Shown here: piece by piece, positions 24,860 through 32,294 of the stretch
How the letters are laid out: every line of letters begins with the position of its first letter
Numbering within the stretch: the stretch's first letter is position 1
Source of the DNA: Vulcanimicrobiota bacterium
Lineage (GTDB): Bacteria > Vulcanimicrobiota > Xenobia > Xenobiales > JADMJV01
Reading direction: 5' to 3'
NCBI GenBank assembly: GCA_050486105.1
Contig: JBJHCR010000002.1
Span: 1 to 62,268, forward strand
DNA length: 62,268 nt
The notes under the pieces: generated by a model
Seen by the model: the letters and a program-made list of their open reading frames with translations, nothing else
Database searches by the model: none
What the model was told of the DNA's origin: nothing
Made by a program: the position numbers and the translations under genes

Positions 24860-27618
24860 CTCGGCACTCTCCCGTCAAATTTTCGGAATTTATCTCTCAT
24901 ACGGTAGTAGGTTTCCTTAAATTCCCAGTGGTAACTTGGACGCTCCCAGTTCTGCCACTTGAAGGTTCGACTCAAACTGTAAGGCTGCCCCTGTTGGGGG
25001 GGCAAAACTTCGACCACCCTGGGCTTGGTTTCTCCACTGCCTCGTTCATAAAGGCATACCAGAAAGTGAAAGCCCTCAGTAGTTTTGGTTTCCACATCGC
25101 CTGTCTCCCAGGCTTGAAAAATGGCTTGATGAGACGAGGGGTCGGTGATGTGGAGAAGCCCCCAGGGGATACGAAGCTCCAAGAGGTTCCCATTGAGATT
25201 CCAGTCGGCCAGAGTGTTGAAGTCGGCTCTCGCGCTGTCCAGGCTCCCTCGACTGAGGGCTCCCCATTCAAGGCGTTGAGCCGGATAGACTGTTCCGTCT
25301 CGTCCGATCCGGCGGCGATTTGTTTCCACCACGATGGGGACAAATTTGCCCTCGTGGCTCTTCTGAGGCTGCATAAAGGGATTTCGAACCTGGGCATACT
25401 CTCCGTCGGTTCCCTGGATGGGGACCTTCCGATAGGGCTGATAATCTTCAGCCACCAAGAGTCTGGAGTCCTGTTCTCCCTCAATGAGGATCAAGAACTC
25501 GAGCCCTTGCTGAGTGGTGACTTCAAAAGGAGGTGGGAACCGGTGCTCTCCGAGCTCCGGTTCGATGGTGTCGATCCCTATGGCGATCCCATAACGGTCA
25601 AAGTTCAGAGTCTCTAGGCCCAGCAATTCGATAGCCAGATACAGCCAACCCTCGTCACTGTGCACCTTGAGAGTCTTCAGGCCGGGTTCAGATGAGGTGT
25701 CAGCGAGTTCGCTCTGGGACCTTCGACGGGCCAAAACCTCAGCGCCTGCCCATTCTTTGGAGGAGCCCACAAGAGTAGAAAAGAGTCTCTCTGCCCCCGG
25801 ACGCATAGCGATTATGCCATAGTTCTGCTCCGGGTCCAGGGGGTTGAGCCACATTCGGTTGCGATCCAGCGGGATCTCCACATCGATGACCACCCAGTTC
25901 TTCTTGAACCATTCATCGATCCAGGCAAAAAGAATCGCTCCGGCACAACCGGCATCCACGATATCGTCGGTGAGCTTGACGTTGATTTCGGCCTGCTCAA
26001 TCTCGGTGTGACCTCCGTGGTCATACCCTTGAGGCTGAACGTGGGCGTTTCCCCGACTCGACGGCACCCCGTACTCGGAGATCAATAGCGGCATGTCTCC
26101 ATAATGGGCCTTGAGATTCTTTAGGTAACCCAGGTAATGGCTTTGCCCGTGTCGCCCCACGGCCTCTCCAAAGTGCTCCTCATTGACCATGAAGTCGGGA
26201 TAATAGGGATAGGCGTGGTAGGAGGCAAAAATTCCAGCCTGAAAAGAGGAGTCGACTTCAATGTTGGTGGAGGTGATGTCCACCGCATCGTTGTCGTACT
26301 CTCGAAGTTCTCTTCGGCTGAATTCCCCTCGCTCGGCCATCAAACGAATCTCTTCGTCCTTGGTGGCCTCGCTGATGTGGTGCAGGGGGTCCAAGGTGGG
26401 CCAGTTGGTGAACGCTATGGGGCGTTGGGCATGATAGCGCTCCATTTCGTAGACTGCGATCTCGTCGCAGACCTGGGCCATCCAGGCCTCGGTGGGGTTC
26501 CCTCCTTGGCAACTGAAGTAGGTTCCCTGATAGGTGTAGTTCGGATGGAGGGCGGCGAACTCTTCCACCGAGTAGGGCTCCCACTCGCGGCCCAGGATAT
26601 AGCCCAGAACCCAGGGTGAGACATCCACATTGTAGGTGCCCGAAGCGTGACCCGGACGACGAGGGATGTCGGCCTGACCGTGCAGGAGATCCACCACTCG
26701 GTGCATCTCCTGGAGGAATTCTTGATAGAACTCCTGGCCTAAAAAGTCGTCATCCTCGGGGAGTTCTGTCCAGACTCCGTGGATCAGCCAAAGCGGTGAG
26801 TTGGATGCATCCTGCTGATACTGCCAGAAGGCTTCATAAAAGCTGGGAGGCAGGATGGTGTACACCCGAACAACATTGCAACCCATTTCGGCCATCTGTT
26901 GGAGCCAGTCGAGATAGAACTCTCGAGACTGAGGAAACTCCGATGGGTGCCGTCCGGGAAGGGCCGCCCCAAGATTGACTCCGTGCAGCAACACGGGGGA
27001 CCATTGCCCATCCTGAAGGACCTCAAGATAGTCCTTGCCGGCCCGGTAGGTCCAAACCAGCTCTTCAGGGCGCACCAGGTCCTTTCGCGCAGCTAGAGGG
27101 GCTTCCGGTTCTTGCAAGTTTTCCAGTTGGCGAAAGACTTGCAGAGCTTCTCCGTGCTCTGGCTCAAGCTCCAACAGTTTGCCCAGCCGCTCCCTGGCTC
27201 GAAAGGGGCGGTCCATCCGATATAGGGCAAGACCGGCACCCAAAAGAGCGTCCTTGCTTTTGGGATGCTGCAGGAGAGCCTTCTCAAAAAGCTCTAAGGC
27301 CTCGGGATTTTGACCTTGCCGCAGAGCGATGAAGGCGAGTCCGGTCTCGGCCTCTGGGTGGTCTGGGCGAAGGGCAAGAGAGCCCCGAAAAGACGCTTCT
27401 GCCTCTTCGATGTCTCCCAGACGATAGTGGGACCACCCTATCCAAAGACGCACTTCGGCATCGTCTCGTTCGGTCTGCACCTGCTGGAAGGCAGTCAAGG
27501 CCTCCTTGAAACGCTGCTGCATGTAGAGCTCGAAGGCCTGATCGTAGGTGGGTGCAGCACTAAGCCCCCCGCCAAAGCAAGCCAGAAGGGTCACGAGTAT
27601 GAGAAAGTGGCGTTTCAT
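24856..27618 (-). CDS. TPR-domain + TIM-barrel glycoside-hydrolase-like periplasmic protein or lipoprotein
   Basis: The start was set at the ATG at 27618 (MKRHFLILVTLLAC..., a signal/lipobox-like LLAC). An N-terminal TPR block is followed by a clan-A-like hydrolase region (GCNVVRVYTILPP...; LLISEYGVPSS with a candidate nucleophile Glu; AILFAWIDEWFKKNW). Confidence 0.6.
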   Translation of the reverse strand: MKRHFLILVTLLACFGGGLSAAPTYDQAFELYMQQRFKEALTAFQQVQTERDDAEVRLWIGWSHYRLGDIEEAEASFRGSLALRPDHPEAETGLAFIALRQGQNPEALELFEKALLQHPKSKDALLGAGLALYRMDRPFRARERLGKLLELEPEHGEALQVFRQLENLQEPEAPLAARKDLVRPEELVWTYRAGKDYLEVLQDGQWSPVLLHGVNLGAALPGRHPSEFPQSREFYLDWLQQMAEMGCNVVRVYTILPPSFYEAFWQYQQDASNSPLWLIHGVWTELPEDDDFLGQEFYQEFLQEMHRVVDLLHGQADIPRRPGHASGTYNVDVSPWVLGYILGREWEPYSVEEFAALHPNYTYQGTYFSCQGGNPTEAWMAQVCDEIAVYEMERYHAQRPIAFTNWPTLDPLHHISEATKDEEIRLMAERGEFSRRELREYDNDAVDITSTNIEVDSSFQAGIFASYHAYPYYPDFMVNEEHFGEAVGRHGQSHYLGYLKNLKAHYGDMPLLISEYGVPSSRGNAHVQPQGYDHGGHTEIEQAEINVKLTDDIVDAGCAGAILFAWIDEWFKKNWVVIDVEIPLDRNRMWLNPLDPEQNYGIIAMRPGAERLFSTLVGSSKEWAGAEVLARRRSQSELADTSSEPGLKTLKVHSDEGWLYLAIELLGLETLNFDRYGIAIGIDTIEPELGEHRFPPPFEVTTQQGLEFLILIEGEQDSRLLVAEDYQPYRKVPIQGTDGEYAQVRNPFMQPQKSHEGKFVPIVVETNRRRIGRDGTVYPAQRLEWGALSRGSLDSARADFNTLADWNLNGNLLELRIPWGLLHITDPSSHQAIFQAWETGDVETKTTEGFHFLVCLYERGSGETKPRVVEVLPPQQGQPYSLSRTFKWQNWERPSYHWEFKETYYRMRDKFRKFDGRVPR

Positions 27619-27722
27619 TGAGAGCTCCCGTCGATGTCTTTTCCCATTTATACCTGACGAAACACTCCATTCGAGAGTATCCACCTACCAGGAGTGCCTC
27701 TAAAAATCGAAAAGCAGCAGGA

Positions 27723-28328
27723 ATGAGAACCTCAATCATGGTCTTGGTCCTGGTAGGCCTAGTCTTGAGTCAGACTCCGGCCGCTCCGGGCGAGAAGTCC
27801 CAGGAGCTTTGTTCGGAAAGAGTACTGGCCCAACTTCCGGCAGGCGTTACGGAGTTCGAGAAACTCTTCCAGGAGCAAGCCCAAACCCCGGAAGACGCCC
27901 TCAAGCTCTGGTTTGACGCCATCATGCTCTCGATCGATCCCCCGACTCGAGAGCGTGGCTTGGTCATGCTTGGTCAAGCCACTTGGAGCTATCGAGACCA
28001 ACCCGATTGGCGCCGTTCAGGCCTGGGAAGCAGTCTTTATCAGACCCTTCGCAATCGGCCCTACTTATTCAACAGCTATACCAAAGGAGCCAGCCCTACT
28101 AACGGCTACGCCGTGGATCCGAATAACTATCGCCTGGATATCCTCTCATCTCGAGCCCGCGACGACGGAGATCGATACACCGTCATTCTCGCTTGCAGTG
28201 GTGACACTCCTCGGCAGGTGGTCTTGAGGCGGGATCCTGAATCCATGCTTTACTATGTGGAAAACTTCAGCGGACTGCTGGGGGAGATCCAAGCTCCGGT
28301 GGGACCCACTCTCAGGCCTCGTTGGTGA
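27723..28328 (+). CDS. secreted protein, function unknown
   Basis: The start was set at the ATG at 27723, preceded by AGGA, giving the signal peptide MRTSIMVLVLVGLVLSQTPAAPG. The protein is 201 aa. Confidence 0.5.
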   Translation: MRTSIMVLVLVGLVLSQTPAAPGEKSQELCSERVLAQLPAGVTEFEKLFQEQAQTPEDALKLWFDAIMLSIDPPTRERGLVMLGQATWSYRDQPDWRRSGLGSSLYQTLRNRPYLFNSYTKGASPTNGYAVDPNNYRLDILSSRARDDGDRYTVILACSGDTPRQVVLRRDPESMLYYVENFSGLLGEIQAPVGPTLRPRW

Positions 28329-28716
28329 GGACCTGACGCTCAACCTTGATGATGGCCTCAGTCTTGTCCCGAGCAAAGCGCATGGCAAAAACTACCAGAC
28401 GCTTTTTTAGGCCGTATTTCTTCAGGAGCGCTTGCCGAGCCCAATCCTGCTCGGCTTCATCGGACACCAAGGAAGCTCGAGCGCAGACCTCCTCTCCTGT
28501 TAGTCGCCCTGCCGCGGTGCAAGGACCGAGCTTGACCTTTCCATTCCCACGGATCCTCTTTACTTTCCCCGATTCTCCTCGAGTGGACATCCAAACCACT
28601 CCGTCTTTGAGGACAAACCACATGGGGGTGAGAACCGCCTTGCCGTTCTTGCGAAAGGTGGTCAAGAGACAATGTTGCTGATCCTCTTGAAGGACTTTGG
28701 AAAGTTTCTTAGCCAT
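28312..28716 (-). CDS. PPOX-class (pyridoxamine 5'-phosphate oxidase-like / F420-dependent) family protein
   Basis: 134 aa. The N-terminal pattern LLTTFRKNGKAVLTPMWFVLKDGVVWMSTRGESGKVKRIRGN is typical of the PPOX split-barrel family. Confidence 0.65.
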   Translation of the reverse strand: MAKKLSKVLQEDQQHCLLTTFRKNGKAVLTPMWFVLKDGVVWMSTRGESGKVKRIRGNGKVKLGPCTAAGRLTGEEVCARASLVSDEAEQDWARQALLKKYGLKKRLVVFAMRFARDKTEAIIKVERQVLTNEA

Positions 28717-28805
28717 GGATGGGCAAGGCTTTTTCGGGCGAAGAGACCTTCCTTTGTGGAGCGCTCGAACCAGGCTAATCCCTTGTTGAGATCGAAGCCC
28801 GGGGC

Positions 28806-30119
28806 ATGCCGGAAACCCGCATTTTAAAAAGCCGACGAGTGGTGCTCGAAGACCAGATCAAACCCCTAGCCCTGGTGGTGCAGGAAGGCTCCATTATTGC
28901 CCATCAGCCCTATGACCAACCCAGCGGAGGATTCCCTGAGGTCGATTATGGGGAGGCCGCCATTCTGCCGGGACTGATCGATATTCACGTGCACTTCAAC
29001 GAACCTGGACGCACCCACTGGGAGGGCTGGGAAACAGGAACCCGGGCGGCCATAGCTGGAGGGGTGACCACGGTGGTCGATATGCCCCTCAATTGCATTC
29101 CTTCCACCACGGATCCGGACTCGTTTCGAGAAAAACTTGCCTCTACCGAGGGCAAGCTTTTTTGTGATGTGGGCTTCTGGGGGGGGGCTGTGCCCAGCAA
29201 CATCGACCAACTCGAAGCCCTCTGGAACTGCGGAGTGTTGGGCTTCAAGGCCTTTCTGTCGGACCCCGGCACGGCCGAGTTTCAGAATCTAGACGAATCC
29301 TCACTGACCCAAGCCATGCAGACCATCGCTCAACTTGGAGCAGTTCTGCTGGTTCACGCCGAGTGGCCCAGCGCCTTATTGGACCCGAAACCTGAGCATC
29401 CTGGCACCACTTACCAGGCCTGGCTTGCGACCCGGCCCTTGCAGGCCGAGCGAGAGGCCATCGCCAAATTGGTGGCCCTGTCCGAGCGGTTCGGTTGTCG
29501 CTGTCACGTCGTTCACCTCTCTAGTGGGGATTTATGCGACCTCCTGACCACTGAGCTTGTCACCAGTGAAACCTGTCCTCACTACCTCACCTTTTGCGCT
29601 GAAGAGATACCCGACCGGGCCACCTACTTCAAATGTGCTCCACCCATCCGTGGGCAAGAGCATAGGGACTCCTTATGGGAGCGCCTCAAAGACGGCTCTA
29701 TCGATCTCATCGCCTCAGATCATTCTCCTTGCCCCGGAGATCTCAAGTCCGAAAATTTCTTGACCTCATGGGGAGGCATCGCTTCGGTGCAAACCACTCT
29801 GCCGGCTGTTTGGACCTCCGCCAGACAACGGGGCTTCGATCTCCCTGACTTGGCTCGCTGGCTCAGCTCCAATCCCGCTCGGGTGGCTGGCCTCTCCAGG
29901 TTGAAGGGAAGCCTGGAAGTCGGCAAACATGCTGATCTCCTGGTCTTTTCGCCTGAGCAGGAGTGGACTCCAGCAAATCTCCTGCATCGCCATGCCGGTT
30001 CACCCTATGAAGGCAGGACCTGGCGTGGGCTGGTGGAAGCCACCTATTTGCGTGGAGAGCAAATATTTGACGGATCCCAAGTCTCTGACCCCCCTTCGGG
30101 ACGATTCATCGAACGCTAA
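28806..30119 (+). CDS. allB: allantoinase
   Basis: The sequence is colinear with E. coli AllB by eye: GLIDIHVHFNEPGRTHWEGWETGTRAAIAGGVTT, KCAPPIR, SDHSPCP and WGGIAS. Confidence 0.85.
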   Translation: MPETRILKSRRVVLEDQIKPLALVVQEGSIIAHQPYDQPSGGFPEVDYGEAAILPGLIDIHVHFNEPGRTHWEGWETGTRAAIAGGVTTVVDMPLNCIPSTTDPDSFREKLASTEGKLFCDVGFWGGAVPSNIDQLEALWNCGVLGFKAFLSDPGTAEFQNLDESSLTQAMQTIAQLGAVLLVHAEWPSALLDPKPEHPGTTYQAWLATRPLQAEREAIAKLVALSERFGCRCHVVHLSSGDLCDLLTTELVTSETCPHYLTFCAEEIPDRATYFKCAPPIRGQEHRDSLWERLKDGSIDLIASDHSPCPGDLKSENFLTSWGGIASVQTTLPAVWTSARQRGFDLPDLARWLSSNPARVAGLSRLKGSLEVGKHADLLVFSPEQEWTPANLLHRHAGSPYEGRTWRGLVEATYLRGEQIFDGSQVSDPPSGRFIER

Positions 30120-30199
30120 CCGCAACTCTCACCACCTTGGAGGAAGCCTTGTCACAAAGCATCGGTCCGGACAGCGAGATTCAAATCCCAGACCGCTTG

Positions 30200-30688
30200 A
30201 TGCACTTGAATGCCTGCTCAGAAGAGGAGCGGTGCAACCTCTTTCGGGAGGTCTGCCACTCCCAGCGTTGGATTCGTGAGCTGAATAGTCTGGCTCCCTA
30301 TAAGAGTCTGGAAGATTTGATCGCCAAGGGCACTCAAGCCTGGACGAAATGCGAAGAGCCCGACTGGAAAGAGGCCCTAGCCGGGCATCCCCGGATCGGA
30401 GAGAAAGCTCAGGGAAATCAACTCGCTTCACGTTGGTCTCGAGGGGAACAGGCCGCGGCAGCCGATTCTGACCAGGAAGCTGCCGAGCGCCTGAGAACTA
30501 GACAGCAAGAGTACGAGGAAAGGTTCGGATACCTGTTCTTAATCTGTGCCACCGGGAAGAGCCGCCAGGAGATCATCGATGCCCTCGAAGCCCGCCTCCT
30601 GTCTGAGCCCAAAGTCGAAATGCTTGTCGTCTCAAAAGAACTAGCGAAGATCATTAGCCTGAGATTGGAGAAACTGGTAACGCAATGA
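30200..30688 (+). CDS. uraD: 2-oxo-4-hydroxy-4-carboxy-5-ureidoimidazoline (OHCU) decarboxylase
   Basis: The pattern MHLNACSEEERCNLFREVCHSQRW...LAGHPRIGEK...YEERFGYLFLICATGKS is the typical OHCU decarboxylase pattern. The ATG at 30200 is preferred over the ORF-track TTG at 30137. Confidence 0.8.
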   Translation: MHLNACSEEERCNLFREVCHSQRWIRELNSLAPYKSLEDLIAKGTQAWTKCEEPDWKEALAGHPRIGEKAQGNQLASRWSRGEQAAAADSDQEAAERLRTRQQEYEERFGYLFLICATGKSRQEIIDALEARLLSEPKVEMLVVSKELAKIISLRLEKLVTQ

Positions 30689-31026
30689 GTGCCATAACCA
30701 CCCACATTCTAGACACCTCTCTGGGTCGACCCGCAGCGGGAGTCATCGTCCGGCTAGATTTTCTTGACGACGGGGATTGGAAGAGAGTCGGCGGAGGTTG
30801 CACCGATCAGGACGGTCGAGTCAAAGACCTCATCAAGGAAGGTTTCGAATTCTGCAAAGGTCACTATCGCTTAGAGTTTGTCGTAGCCGACTATTTTCAA
30901 GCTCAGGGGACCAAGAGTTTCTATCCTTACGTGAAAATTGTTTTCATGGTGGAGGACACCGAGAGCCACTATCACGTCCCTTTGCTCTTGAACCCGTTCG
31001 GCTATTCCACTTATCGAGGAAGCTGA
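30685..31026 (+). CDS. uraH: 5-hydroxyisourate hydrolase (transthyretin-like)
   Basis: 113 aa. The N-terminus is ITTHILDTSLGRPAAGV and the C-terminal tetrapeptide is YRGS, the HIUase signature. The ATG overlaps the upstream TGA. Confidence 0.9.
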   Translation: MSAITTHILDTSLGRPAAGVIVRLDFLDDGDWKRVGGGCTDQDGRVKDLIKEGFEFCKGHYRLEFVVADYFQAQGTKSFYPYVKIVFMVEDTESHYHVPLLLNPFGYSTYRGS

Positions 31027-31088
31027 AGCGCTCGGTTTGAGCAGAACTGCGCCAAGAGTTCGAAACGAGGGCCAGAAAGGGTTAAAAC

Positions 31089-32294
31089 ATGAGCGGAGCG
31101 GCCTTAGAGTGGGCAAATCTAGCGGTGCGTTGGTTCCACGTCATTGCCGGAATCTGGTGGATCGGAAGCTCCCTTTATTTCGTCTGGTTGGACAACTCCT
31201 TCGAGCCTCCCAAGGAACCCAGGGATGGGGTGGAAGGTGAGACCTTCATGGTCCACGGAGGCTTCTACTACCTGGTAGAAAAACGCCTGATGCAGCCTGG
31301 CAAGATGCCTGAAAAGCTCCATTGGTTTAAATGGGAAGCAACCTTCACCTGGATCAGCGGCATGATCCTTTTGGCCATCGTCTACTACTTCACCGGTGGC
31401 TCCTACCTCATCGACTCCAAAGTGGCCGATATCAGCCTGACGGTTGCAGTGGCCGCCTCTCTCGCCATCGTCTTAGGAAGTTGGGTAGCTTACGACCTGA
31501 TGTGGCAGACCATCGGCAAGAAGAGTGAGCCCGTGGGCACCGCGCTTTCGATTCTTGGGATGGTGGCCCTGGCCTACGGCCTGACCCATCTGTTCAGCGG
31601 AAGGGCGGCCTTCATCCACTTTGGTGCGGTGCTCGGGACACTGATGGTGGCCAACGTTTGGATTCGCATCCTTCCCGGACAGCAGAAGATGCTGGATGCC
31701 GCCATGGCTGGTGAAACCCCGGACTACTCCCAAGGCAAGTACGCCAAAGTCCGTTCGGTTCACAACTCCTATATGACCTTTCCGGTGATCTTCATGATGA
31801 TCTCCAACCACTACGCCAACACCTTCAGCCACGAATACAACTGGGTCATCATACTCTTGCTGTTCATCATCGGCGCAGGGATACGTCACCACCAGATCTG
31901 CTCTGAGCGAGGACAATCAGCCAATTGGGTCTGGGCACCAGTCTTGGTCAGTCTAGCTATCACCGTCTTCATGACCCTACCTAAAGGTGCTGGTGGAGCA
32001 GGAGAGGCTGTTGCGGCCGAAGATCGGGTCCCCTTCTCCCAAGTCCAGATCATCATCGCCAACCGCTGCGTTTCCTGCCACTCCTCTGAGCCGAGCCAGC
32101 AAGGTTACGCGTTGACTGTAGCCCCCAATGGTGTGTTGCTGGAAACCCCGGAACAGATTCGCGGACTGGCCCAGAAGATCAGGGAGCAGTCGGTGGACTC
32201 TAGAGCTATGCCCTTGGGCAACCTCACTCGGATGACCGAGGAGGAACGGGAAGTTCTTGGCACCTGGGTGCAACAAATGGGCGGAGGGCACTAA
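31089..32294 (+). CDS. puuD: membrane-bound cytochrome-c urate hydroxylase
   Basis: An N-terminal polytopic domain begins WANLAVRWFHVIAGIWWIGSSLYFVWLDN. The C-terminus carries a single haem-c site, CVSCHS (CxxCH). This matches the PuuD architecture, and the gene is co-located with uraH/uraD/allB. Confidence 0.75.
   Translation: MSGAALEWANLAVRWFHVIAGIWWIGSSLYFVWLDNSFEPPKEPRDGVEGETFMVHGGFYYLVEKRLMQPGKMPEKLHWFKWEATFTWISGMILLAIVYYFTGGSYLIDSKVADISLTVAVAASLAIVLGSWVAYDLMWQTIGKKSEPVGTALSILGMVALAYGLTHLFSGRAAFIHFGAVLGTLMVANVWIRILPGQQKMLDAAMAGETPDYSQGKYAKVRSVHNSYMTFPVIFMMISNHYANTFSHEYNWVIILLLFIIGAGIRHHQICSERGQSANWVWAPVLVSLAITVFMTLPKGAGGAGEAVAAEDRVPFSQVQIIIANRCVSCHSSEPSQQGYALTVAPNGVLLETPEQIRGLAQKIREQSVDSRAMPLGNLTRMTEEEREVLGTWVQQMGGGH

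Noticed and set aside
18293-27618. Calling the EPS locus pgaABCD (PNAG) or bcs (cellulose).
   Set aside because: There is no CE4 deacetylase, PgaD, BcsB or PilZ domain. The periplasmic enzyme does not resemble GH8, GH153 or GH166 by eye. Naming the polymer would be unsupported.
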